Position numbers and translations under genes: made by a program | Notes under the pieces: model-generated | Told to the model about the DNA's origin: nothing | Database searches by the model: none | The model's input: only the letters and a program-made list of their open reading frames with translations | Source: the human T2T-CHM13v2.0 reference genome, Homo sapiens | Direction: 5' to 3' (one strand) | Assembly: GCF_009914755.1 (NCBI RefSeq) | Contig: NC_060926.1 | Length of the DNA stretch: 64,000 bases | In this document: piece by piece, positions 31,290 to 43,243 of the stretch | Position numbering within the stretch: the stretch's first letter is position 1 | How the letters are laid out: every line of letters starts with the position of its first letter

Positions 31290-33150
31290 AAGCTTATGAT
31301 TAAACATGGCAGACCTAAGCTTCTGCCTTCCAAAACCCCAACTAAAAATTCTAGTAGAGGAATAAAAAGGTACTAGTGCACAAAACCAGATACCAACTAA
31401 AAATTCTAGTAGAGGAATAAAAGGGTACCAGTGCACAAAACCAGATACCCTGGAAGAGGAGCTACACAGATTTTGAATTGGCTCCATGGTGTAGACAGAT
31501 GGAAAGCAGGTGGAGGGGTGGTGATTGGTTTAGTCTTCAGAGGGCATTCCAAGGAGGAGTGTGCCATACCCACCCCTTTTCCTCCCAGCAGAACCTCAGA
31601 AAGGTTGAGGTTCTGGGGCACCAAGTGCTGCAGGAGGCAGGAAGGAGTTTGGCAACTGAATGCAGGGGGCTGCTTAGAAGTCTGGAATTAGATCCCTAAG
31701 TGTTCTCCCCGACTGGGCAACCACACAATTCCTCTCCCTCCCCTTCCTCTGCCACCTGCTTGCATAAGGCTGGAAGTTTTTCTCTAGAGATGTGGAACCA
31801 AAAAGGCTATGAACATAGCCACATTAGCACAGAGGAGGGCAGGAGTGAGGTTTGGAGCTGGTACTGGGGGAAAGTGAAAGTCAGCACTGACAATGATTGA
31901 ATGGAGATGATGACCCCAGCTAGCCCCTGCCTCTTTCGCAGCCAGGCAGGCATCCTCTCCAGCCAGAGAGCAGGGATTCTGTCTGCCATGGGGGAACTGA
32001 GCTGCAGACAGAAGACCGACTAAAGTCCATTTGGGGCCCTACTCTGAAAAGGCTGCCTCAGTATTAGGTTTCTGTCAGTGAAATTCACCAGCTCACAAGC
32101 CTGCCCACGTGTCTCAAAGCAAACCCATGAATCAGAGTTTTGGATCTTCGTCTTCAATAAGAATGGGCATGCGAGGGCCACCTGATTCTGGAGGAAAGAC
32201 TTCAACATAAAAGAGATCAAAATCATTCAAATGGGAAAAAATACTTAGGAGAAACAAACAATGAAAGGGAACAGAAGTAACCTTTATAAACATACAAAAA
32301 CTTATTTGATATTGGTAGGGAGATAAGAGAGGGTGCTGTACCCGTGAATCCAGAACAGGATGCTTTAATTCAGGAATCATCAAAGGACAAGAAAGAAAGG
32401 TCTTAAAAGCCCTAAAAAAAAACACACACACACACACACAACAACAACAACAACAAACTCCCAGAAAAATGAACAAATGAACAAAAAAACATGGACAACA
32501 GGGAAGACATGATAAGAAAATGAAAGGATTGGTCCTGGAGGGCTAACATTCACCTAAGAGGAATTCCAGAAAGACAAAATAAAGAAAATGAAAGTGAAAG
32601 AATGGGCAAAGAAATATTACCAGAATATTTCCTGTGGATTTGAAAAGATCCATGCCAGCTTATACCACTTTGGAATTTCAGAAACCGTGAATGAAGAGAA
32701 GACCGTAAACATTTCCCTAGACGGATAAAACAGGTTCTGTTCAGAGGAACAGAAAGTAGAAGGGCACAGGATTTCTCAGTAGCAACCCTGCACACCAGAA
32801 GGCAAAGGAAGTAAAATGATAGTGCACTCCTGTCCTCAGCATTGAGCAATTATCTAATAATGGAAACACAGAGGATAGATTTAACCAAAAATTATAATTT
32901 ATCTATATCGAGAGAATAGAGGGAGGCAAAATATGGAGGAAAGTGTAAGAAAGAGTCTCCTAGCCTAATGGGAAGCTTATTGATGTCCCTACTGGATAAA
33001 TCAATAGCAGCACAAGCATTTTATTTAGAAATTTGAAGGAGAATATAAGAAACAGCTGAAAGGGGACAGGTCAGGGGAGGAAAGCAGGAGACTGGCTTTG
33101 TCTGTTCCATGATAAGACTTGGACTTTCTAAATCACTTGCATGGACTACA
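31290..33150 (+). mobile_element. Ancient HAL1/L1M ORF1-like remnant
   Basis: A-rich decayed ORF1-like text (GATAAGAGAGGGTGCTGTACCCGTGAATCCAGAACAGGATGC; AACATTCACCTAAGAGGAATTCCAGAAAG). Confidence 0.6.
31338..31449. repeat. 55-bp tandem duplication (2 copies, 2 mismatches)
   Basis: CCAACTAAAAATTCTAGTAGAGGAATAAAA(A/G)GGTAC(T/C)AGTGCACAAAACCAGATA x2. Confidence 0.95.
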
Positions 33151-33543
33151 TGATAAGATCCCTGTAAGGACTTTGAAGAAAAGATTCCTTTTTTAAATTC
33201 CCTGATCTGATTGCTTCGACTTCTTGGAGGACGCAGACTGACCCTCGCTGTCTTACAACCTCTTCATTAATAGGGGATCTGGGTTCCCCTCTCTTGGGGG
33301 TATAGGACTTGTCTCTTGGAACAATGAGAAAAATAAGACTCCGCTGGGGCTTTATGCCTACGCTTACACAGGCAGATAAAATACATGAACTTTGTTCATT
33401 GTTCTCATGGGGATATTTACAGAGTTCTTTTCCCTCTTGCTGTTTATCTTTTGGCTGGGGTTCTAAGCGGAATGGACTCAGGTGGTGAGTAACGGCTGAA
33501 TCTCATTGTTCCCCTCCCTTGGTGACACACCCTGAGCCTGTAA

Positions 33544-33955
<412 letters not shown>

Positions 33956-34640
33956 GATTTTTTTTTTCTTGACATTAACATGAACGTGGGTTTGTAAAAA
34001 TCAATGCGGGACAAATATATTATGAAGAATGAGAGCTTAGGAGTTAAATGTAATGGAAATAAATCCTTGGAAAAGTTGGAGTGAATGAGTGGGGGAAGCT
34101 AGGTTAGGCAATGAACTACTGTGGTTCTCTACTGCTGTTTTGTTTTGGTTTGTGTTTTGGATTCTAAGCTATGAGAATCTTCCAATTTAGATTTTAATAG
34201 ACCTCTTAGAAGTGCTATAGCTCAAGGAAAAGAAGGATATATTCTGCCGATTCTATCTCTTTGGAGTTTGTGTTCTCAAACCTACAAGCAGTGTCTCCTT
34301 CCTGTAAATCACAAATTCCTGCAATGCCTCATAAAAGGGTCATCTTCCTTGGACCTTTTATCTGGTGGGAGCTGTGTGCACCACTGAAGGGGAGGAAAGG
34401 AGGATGCTGCCAACAGTGATCAGTGACCTTCGGGAGAAGCAGAGGCCACGGACCTCCCAGCAAAGGAGTGGCCCTCTGCCAGGACACAGGGCTCCCTGCC
34501 TTCTGCCTCGGCTTCCTTCTCCTCCCCTTGGTGCTTCCTTTCTTTTCCCATTAGGGCTTGAAGTCCATTTTCACCTGATTAAGGGAAGGAGCCCTCACAG
34601 ACTGCACCTCCCAGGAATGGCCTAGGCTCCACTCCATGAG

Positions 34641-34780
34641 CTCCCTCCCTCTCCCTCCTCTGCCACCACCTCCTCCTCCTCCTCCTCCTCCTCCTCCTCC
34701 TGCTCTTCCTCCTGCTCCTTCTCCTCTTTTTCCTCCTCCTTTTCTCTCTCTCTCTCTCCCCCTCCCTCCCCCTCCTTTTT
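34641..34780. repeat. Polypyrimidine (CCT)n low-complexity tract
   Basis: About 140 nt of almost pure C/T with a (CCT)n core. Confidence 0.93.
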
Positions 34781-36439
34781 ATAAGATCTAATAAATACAT
34801 TTTTCAGTTAACTGCTGAATCCTTTAAGGAAAATAGATGTGTACCTCTATAGTTTTGTTGAGACTAGGGGAGATGGGGAATTTATATTTCCTCAACATGT
34901 TTTATTTACAATCCTCCTGGTGCTTGAGAAGAAAAACACATGAAGACTGCCCTTGGATAAGATCTGTGCTGAGTTTAATCAAGTGCACTCCAGTCTAGCT
35001 CAGCCTTAAACCAGAGTGTGTGGGAGCAGAACTTGCGGTGAAAGCCACATTTGATTAAGAACACTCATTAACATTTGAAAAGCAAATCCGTGTCTCCACT
35101 GGGCTTCTACATGTCTGATTTCAAGAAGCTTATCCAGGCCCTGACTTTCTCTTCCAGAAGACCCCTCTCATGACTGTTTCTGCATCTGCCAACAAAATTA
35201 ATCGCCCTCATCTCTTGCACACTGACAGTCTAGAAGATTCTAGAAGATGCTGGTTTTTTTTTGGTGTTTACCACAAACAAAAGGCCAATGCTTTCAGCAG
35301 CTGCCCAGCCAGAGGGGTTTCGGAGTAAGTTTCAACAAATCCAAGTTGAATTACAGGCCACCTTCTCTCTCTGGGGCTGCCCAGTCTTCTTATCAGTAAC
35401 CTCAGCTTCTGAGGCCAAGTAGGGTATTTTACTTGTCAAAGTAAGTTTGCTTCCTTAAGAAAAAAGGAGAAACAACGCACCACTTTCTTACCTGATGGGA
35501 AAATAAATCTTCAGTTTGCAGTTTGGGGAAAATGGTATGGTATTTACATCTTACAGAGTTTTATGTTGCATTTACAGTATTGCTTACAGAATGCAAAAAT
35601 TTTCTTGTTTCTTACTTAATGCAAAGAAACCAAGGACAAGAGAAGTTCCGTCCCATTCAGTTCATACAATAGTATTTCTTAAACATAACTGGCATCAGGA
35701 TTACCTGGGATGCCCAGGCATCCTGATTCCATAGGACCCCATTTAGAGAAACACTGACCCTTGTAAGTGTCACAAAATTGGAAACGGCCTTGAAGCTCCT
35801 GGGTCCCACCCTTCATTCTACAGAGGGAAGACTAGTCCAGAAACCTGAAGAGGTTCTCCCAGGCTCCTATATCCCACACAACTCCTGCTGCTCACCAGAA
35901 GCAGAATCAGGCCCAGATTTTGGTCCTGGGCCCTCTAGGTGTCCTGCCCTGCCCAGCAGCCCTGGCTGTTCTGCAACCTCATTTATTTCCTGCTCTCTTC
36001 CTCTCGCCCCTGCCCCACAGTTGCTTCCTCCTCCCTGGTCCCTGTTCTTAGTCTAACCAGAACCCTTAACTTGGGTCTTTCCTTTTCTCTGATCTCCTGG
36101 CCCTGCCCATCTTACCATCCTTTCTTATGTTCTACAAATTTGCATGGCATTGAAGTGATGAGAGCCCTCTTTCTTCTACCTGGTGAACTCCTACTCATTC
36201 TCAAAACCGAACTCAACTTTTATTTTCTTTACATTTTTTTGAGACACTGTCAAACTCAGTTAATTTGTCCCCTCTCCTAAAATTTTATATGAAAATGGTA
36301 TTTATCTAGACAGCACTGTATTTAATTAATTTTTGTTTGGCTTCTAGTGGCTTCTCCACTAGAGCATGAGCTCTTTGAAGGCAGGCACCCTACCCTAATA
36401 GATCACTCTATCGTTGTATTCCTCCATGACTAGCTATTC

Positions 36440-36765
36440 TGGTTAAGTATTGTTGTAGGGGGAAGAAAAACTCAAAACTTTAGTGTCCTAAAACAAAAAA
36501 TATCATTTAATTGGTACATGAATCTACAATGTGGGCAGGGCTCAGCAGGGATGGCTCATCTGTGCTCCACGCAGTGTCAGCTGGGGCAGCTCCAATGGGG
36601 CTGAAGTATCTGCTTTCAAAATGTCTTACCCACCTGGCTGGCAAGTTTTTGCAAATTGTCAGTTTCTCTCTGTATGGGTTTCTTCACAGGGCAGCTTGGG
36701 CTTCCTCATACGATGGTGTCTGGGTTCTAAAAGTAAGAATCCCTGGAGAAAAGGCCAAATGTCTC
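36440..36765 (-). mobile_element. Old MLT LTR
   Basis: CAAAACTTTAGTGTCCTAAAACAA...GGGCAGGGCTCAGCAGGGATGGCTCATCTGTGCTCCAC...CAGCTTGGGCTTCCTCA. Confidence 0.7.
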
Positions 36766-37056
36766 AAACCTTTGCAGCACCAGAAAGAGCAGTAGCTCCT
36801 GAGGGATTCTAGATTAGATTTCTTGAATTTTCTCTTTTAGATAGTTATCTATTGTTTTCTCAATTGTTTTGGATATATGAAAGTTTTCATACAATTGGGA
36901 AAGAAATGGATTCAGAGAATCCCAAGATACATTCCCTTCTTATTCTGAGACACCAGTGTGTAGGCCCTAGGGATGAAAGGAAGACTTACTTTTAACAGTA
37001 TTCCCTTTTGTACACTTCAGGTTTAGCACCATGTACAAATCATATACAAGTATCTA

Positions 37057-37383
37057 TTTTTTTTATTATACTTTAAGTTCTAGGGTACGTGTGCACAACG
37101 TGCAGGTTTGTTATATATGTATACGTGTACCATGTTGGTGTGCTGCACCCGTTAACTTGTCATTTAGCATTAGATATATCTCCTAATGCTATCCCTCCCC
37201 CCTCCCCCCACCCCACAACAGGCCCCGGTGTGTGATGTTCTCCTTCCTGTGTCCATGTGTTCTCATTATTCAGTTCCCACCTATGAGTGAGAACATGTGG
37301 TGTTTGGTTTTTTTGTCCTTGCGATAGTTTGCTGAGAATGATGGTTTCCAGCTTCATCCATATCCCTACAAAGGACATGAACT
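37057..37383 (-). mobile_element. 5'-truncated L1PA (PA3-PA5-like) 3' end
   Basis: TTATTATACTTTAAGTTCTAGGGTAC...AATGCTATCCCTCCCC; TSD AAGTATCTATTTTTT at 37048 and 37391. Confidence 0.95.
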
Positions 37384-37449
37384 GTGGCATAAGTATCTAT
37401 TTTTTAAGTGTTTAAATTAGAAAATGAAATTTAAATAAAAATTGTACAT

Positions 37450-38005
37450 AATGGTCATGATGGCTGCAACTTTCAAATGTTTCAGAAAGAATAGTAAATG
37501 TGTATGAAGATTATGTACCTATGTATACATATACACATACACAGAGAAAGAGAACGAGGCTGGTTGCAGTGGCTCATGACTGTAATCCCAACACTTTGGA
37601 ATGCTGAAGCAGGTGGATTGCTTGAGCTCAGGAGTTGGAGACCAGCCTGGACAACATGGTGAAATGCCACCTTTACAAAAAGTATAAAAAATTAGCCAAG
37701 TGTGGTGGCGCATACCTGTAGTCCCAGCTACTCGGGGGGCTGAGGGCAGAAGGATCACTTGAGCCCAGGAGGTGAAGGCTGCATCGAGCTGAGACTGCAC
37801 TACTGCACTCCAGCCTGGGTGACAAAGTGAGACCCTGTCTCAAAAAAAAAAAAAAAGAAAAGAAAAAGAAATGAGAAAGCAAGTGGGCAAAATGTTAACG
37901 GTAGGTGAATCTGGGGAAAGGGTGCACATGTGTAGTTAGTGCTATTATTCTTTGTGCTTGCAAGTTTTCTGTAAGTTTGACATTTTCCAATAAAAAGTTT
38001 TCAAA
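37450..38005 (+). mobile_element. Old L1M 3' end split by an Alu
   Basis: GGCAAAATGTTAACGGTAGGTGAATCTGGG...GCAAGTTTTCTGTAAGTTTGACATTTTCCAATAAAAAG. Confidence 0.75.
37558..37870 (+). mobile_element. AluJ-like element
   Basis: Alu body with GGATCACTTGAGCCCAGGAGG and an A tail. Confidence 0.93.
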
Positions 38006-38354
38006 AATCACGATAAAATGAAAGTGGGCCACAGCTGCTGGGCGACCAGCATAATGGCTTGTTTTGGGGAAGGAAGAGTGTTCTGAGCCATTCTCTTTGT
38101 TACTTGCTTGATACAAATTTAGGTTTTCATTCACAGACCCTTTTAAAATCATTTCCTGGAGCAAATTCTTTGATGAGTTTAACAATAACAATAATTAGAG
38201 AGAAAATCATGGTTAATGCAATAATTATCTCAAAATTGGCAGCATCAAGTTTAGCAGGTGACATCATGAACAGTTCTGTGAACTTTGAATGTGTTGAACT
38301 TTGTCTCCTTGGTTTTTAAATGGCAAATTCCTTAAGAGAGGAAAGGAAACTTAC

Positions 38355-38490
38355 ATTTACTTAGCATTTCCTAAGACAGGCACTGTGCAAAGGGTTCTAA
38401 GTAGATTATCTCATTTATTGCTCTCAAAACCCCATCAGACAGATGTTACCATTCCCGGTTTTACAATTCAGGAAATGGAGACTCATGCAG
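38355..38490 (-). mobile_element. MIR fragment
   Basis: CAGGCACTGTGCAAAGG...TATCTCATTTA...CCCGGTTTTACAATTCAGGAAATGGAG. Confidence 0.7.
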
Positions 38491-39502
38491 TGGTTGTCTC
38501 AATGCTGATGCTCTTGGCTGCAAGTAAGAAACTTCCATTTGACTAACTCAAACAGCAAGGGTGTTCATTATCTCACATGACACAAGTCTGGGAGCAAGAA
38601 GAAAGGATTGAGTACATGCCAGGGATTCTGCTAGCCCCAGCAATATGAAGATGAGTAAGACCTAGCTCCTGCTCATGGGGAACTCACATAGGGATAGAAA
38701 GGTAGGCAGATCCACAGTCTGTGGATTTGTTCATAGTTCACCATTAGCTGGTAGTCTATCTTTATTTTAATAGGCACATGTGATTCTTATTAAATGAACA
38801 CATGGCTTACAGACAGCTATTAAATAAGTCATTGCTTTTTAAGAGAAATATTTATTTGTGCTTCAAACCAATGATGTATTTTTTCATCAAGATTAATAAT
38901 ATTTCTGTATATCTACATATGACTTTATTGGCTTGCATTTTGCATAATCTTACATCATCTTGCTTTTTTGGCCTTATTTGCAAACAGGGCAATTTTCTGA
39001 TCGTAAGAATCATGTTCGTGTTAGATCAAAAAAACAGTTTGAGTCATTTTAACACTTTTATTATGAGAAATATTTTTAAAATAAGTATTTCATCTATTTT
39101 ATTGCAGATAATTCTTTCCTTTGCACAAAAACTGTTATTAGTCTCATGAAAAATAGATGTGTTTAGAACTAGCGCCATGATACATCACTGACATTCTTCA
39201 AAAGTTCACATCTGATATCCCGTTCAAATTCTTGGTTTTTTTTCTCATAGTTTTCTACAAGCCTCTCTTTATTAGACTCCAGCTTTTGTTGTTTCCTACT
39301 TTTTCTTACACTTGTGTTGTAGAAAGCACATTGGATTAGCAACCAGGAGACTTTAATACTAGTTTTAGTTTAGTACAATTTGTTCTGCAGTTTGGCCTCA
39401 GCTTAATAAAACAAGACATTTGACCTGGGTCAGAGATGAAAAAAAAATTTTTTTCCTCCCTGCAGCTCTAACTCTGATAGGTAGTAACTGCCTGAATGAC
39501 TT

Positions 39503-40500
39503 GTTTGCATTTCCAGGATAAATCCTATTTGGTCATAATGCATTGTCCTTCTTATATGTTATTGGATTCAATTTGCTAAAATTTTGTTCAGAATTCTTGA
39601 GTCTTATTTATGAAGAATATGGGTCTGTAGTTTTCTTGCAGTGTCTTTTTCTGGATTCTGTTATTGTACTAATTCTGGCCTCATGCAGTATTGGAAAGTA
39701 TTCCTTTCTCTTTACTTTTCTGGGAGAGTTTGTGTAGAATTGGTATTGTTTTTTTCTTAAATGTTTGGTAAAATCCCCAAGTGAAGGAATTTGAGTCTGG
39801 AGCTTTCTTTGTGGGAAGATTTTAAACTACAAATTCAATTTATTTAACAGGGCTATTTAGGTTATCTGTTTCTTCTTGAGTAAGCTTTTTTAAGTGGGAC
39901 TAGGGCAGTATTTGGTCTATGGTTAATGTCACCCAGTGCCAAGTGAAGGCCCTTTTGAGTAGTCTACCTGATACCCTGTGAGTTATGAGGTCTGGCTAGT
40001 GAGAACAGGCATTGTTCCCAGCCCTAGGTGAGCTCCCTGTACTCCTTATTCCTTAATTATTTCAGGTAATTCTTTCCTACTGTCAGGCAGTTTCTTCTCA
40101 TTTATATCGAACAAATAGTCAACTGAATATTTAGGGGGATCCTCTGCAGATTTCCAGAGTCCTCTCTGCAGCTCTCTCCTCTCTGGTATTCCACCCTGTG
40201 AGCTCTAGCTACCTCGGCCTCCCCAGTTTCCTCTACTCAGAGAGACAGCTGACTCCATCTGGGTTTCTCCTCCTTGCACTGTGGCCTGGAAACTCTCTCA
40301 ATGCAGTAAGCTGGGAAAATCTTAGGGCTCACCTCATCTGTTATCCCATCTTTCAGGGATCACTGCCTTTCATTGCCTGATGTCCAATGTCTTGAGAACT
40401 GTTGTTTCATATATTTTGTCTGATTTTTTCGTTGTTTGGAGTAGAAGAATAAGTTCAGTTTCTGATCCTCCATCTTGGTCTATAATGGATGTCTCCAGAT
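39503..40500 (-). mobile_element. Old L1M fragments (ORF2 part and 5' part)
   Basis: TTGCATTTCCAGGATAAATCCTATTTGGTCATAATG...TTGGATTCAATTTGCTAAAATTTTGTT typical of antisense L1. Confidence 0.8.
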
Positions 40501-40670
40501 TGGATAATTTTTACAAGTTCATTTAAAATTGTGATTCCAGACCTCCAAAATCACCTTCTTTGGGTGATTTTTAGATAGACTTTGGTTACTTAAATTCTGT
40601 TTTTAATTTTGTGTTTGACAGTTTCTTCATTCTAATATCTGCTGTCCTATAGATAGGTTTTGGCATTCTG

Positions 40671-41534
40671 CTTGCTTCAGAAAAATCCAAAGCACTTCCA
40701 CCTGTCTCTGTGTGTCCCCTGGCATGGAGGAGGGCAGACATCCACCATGTTCCACAGATGACCCTTCTGAGGCGAGAGGAGTATGTGATTTGTTCAAGGT
40801 AGAATATTTCAGTAGTAGCAGAATTCTAGAAATTGATTAAGGTACTTGACCCTTGGGTCAGAGAACTGAGCCGCCCTCTTTCTGCATAAAGTCACCTTTT
40901 GGGTACCCAGGACATTTTAATCTTGTTGGCATTCAGTCTGCAAATAAAGCTGACTCATAAGTATATCCATTAAACACATTTTAAAAAGAATACTTGGAAG
41001 TTTCCTATCCTGCTGATGTCTAAAATTTCAAAATCAACTAGTCATTTATTTGGGTAAAGCAATCCTCTTCTAAGCATTTCTTCCATAATCCAGTTGCATC
41101 TCAGGGAAATAATGTAAGTTAACATTCTATTTTAATTAACTACTTAGATTTTTTTTTCTCCTACAATAACAGGAACAGGTGAAAACCCTCATGTCAGTAA
41201 GCAGGGTATAAAAGGTGGGGAAAAGTGTCCGGAGATGGCTTTACCTGTGAGTCAGCTTTATTTGCACACTGAATGCCAACAAGATTAAAATGTCCTGGGC
41301 ACTGAAAAGATGACTTTTTGCAGAAAGAGAGTGGCTCAGCTCTCTGACCCAAGGAGTAAATCACCTTAATCAATTTCTGGAATTCTGTTGTTACTGAAAT
41401 GTTCTACTTGCACAAATCACATACTTCTCTGGCCTCAAAAGGGTCATCTATGAATCAGGGTGGATGTCTGCCATCCTCCGTGCCAGAGGACACACAGAGA
41501 CAGGTGGAAGTGCTTTGGATTCTTCAGAAGCAAG
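40671..41534. repeat. Long inverted repeat of unrecognised sequence (300-bp arms, 264-bp spacer)
   Basis: 40671-40970 is the reverse complement of 41235-41534 at about 85-90%; perfect blocks of 34 bp (40684-40717) and 32 bp (40906-40937). Confidence 0.96.
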
Positions 41535-41860
41535 ATGCAGACACAAAATATGTGTAGGATGCATTGTCAGCTTTTTGCTCATGATTGGAACAAGGCTGCA
41601 GACTTAATTATCAAGTTTCATCCCTCTGTCAATGGATGAAGAGTCATCTTGGGGACAAGAACAAGATCTCATTTAGTTATCTAGGTATTTTAGATGACAC
41701 TTGGTTTTTTAAGGAAGGGATGATTTTTGCATTCCTGTGGACTTCTTTCTGAAGTCAAGCTGAAATGAAGTCTCAGAATCCTCATGTCATTTTGTTTTCT
41801 AAACAAGTAAAGTGGAGGTCAATGGCTCCAGGGACCTTTGCCGCACAAAAAGAAACACCC

Positions 41861-42172
41861 GGCCAGGTGCAGGGGCTCACGCCTGTAATCCAAGCACTTT
41901 GGGAGACCGAGGCAGGTGGATCATCTGAGGCCAGGAGTTCGAGACCAGCTTGGCCAACATGGTGAAACCCTGTCTTTACTAAAAATACAAAAATTAGCTG
42001 GGCGTGGTGGCAGGTGCCTGTAATCCCAGCTACTCAGGAGGCTGAGGCAGGAGAATCGCTTGAACCTGGGTGGCGGAGGTTGCAATGAGCCGAGATGGTG
42101 CCATTCTACTCCAGCCTAGGCAACAAGAGTGAAACTCTGTCTTAAAAAATAAATAAATAAAAATAAAACAAA
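41861..42172 (+). mobile_element. AluS
   Basis: Full Alu; TSD-like AAACACCC on both sides. Confidence 0.95.
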
Positions 42173-42539
42173 TTTTAAAAAACACCCCATATTTGTGCTC
42201 CCAAAGTGGTCACTAAACTTTGAAATCCATCTCACAGGGTTTGGTGGGGTGGGAGTGGGGGGGAACTAAAATTCCATATGGAAAGGAGGTGGAAGGTGGT
42301 CCATGAGTCTCTGGTTTTAGATATCCTTCATGGGCAATTATCCTGTCTACTATTGGGGCTTGATGAGGTAAGGTGAAGTCAGGGCAGAAGAAATGGACCC
42401 CTGCCTCCAAGAAATAATCTTAGTCATTAAGTTAGCATTTTCACAATCTTTTACCTTTTTTTGACAGAGATCTAGAAGACAAGACCCAGAGGACACAGGG
42501 AGCACAATTATTCCATACTGTAAGGCATAATTGAGTCAG

Positions 42540-42710
42540 ACTCACATTGATGTACATCACTTTCGCTGGGGCACTTTTGTAAAACATCAGATTTCCAGCC
42601 ACTACTCCAAGAGATTCTAATTCAGAAAGGCTGGGAGAGGGCCCTCAGTCTTCATTTTTAACAAAGACCCAGTGTTTCTGATGTCTACCTCACTTTTAGA
42701 AAGATTGACA
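42540..42710. mobile_element. MER5-type element
   Basis: AGATTTCCAGCCACTACTCCAAGAGATTCTAATTCAG...CATTTTTAACAA. Confidence 0.6.
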
Positions 42711-42825
42711 TAGGTCTTTTAAGCTACAGTCAGTGACTCTACTGGATGGTCCAAGTGTTTCCTAGGAGAGAAGCTTTTCAGGAAATGGGAGAACTGTAAT
42801 CATTGAGGCACAAAAGAATAACTGA

Positions 42826-43243
<418 letters not shown>

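Noticed and set aside
34579-34800. Arg-rich 73-aa ORF resembling a protamine
   Set aside because: It is simply the translation of the (AGG)n low-complexity strand.
38800-39170. 115-aa ORF or possible decayed hAT transposase C-terminus on the - strand
   Set aside because: The region is AT-rich with only faint motif resemblance and cannot be supported without a profile search.
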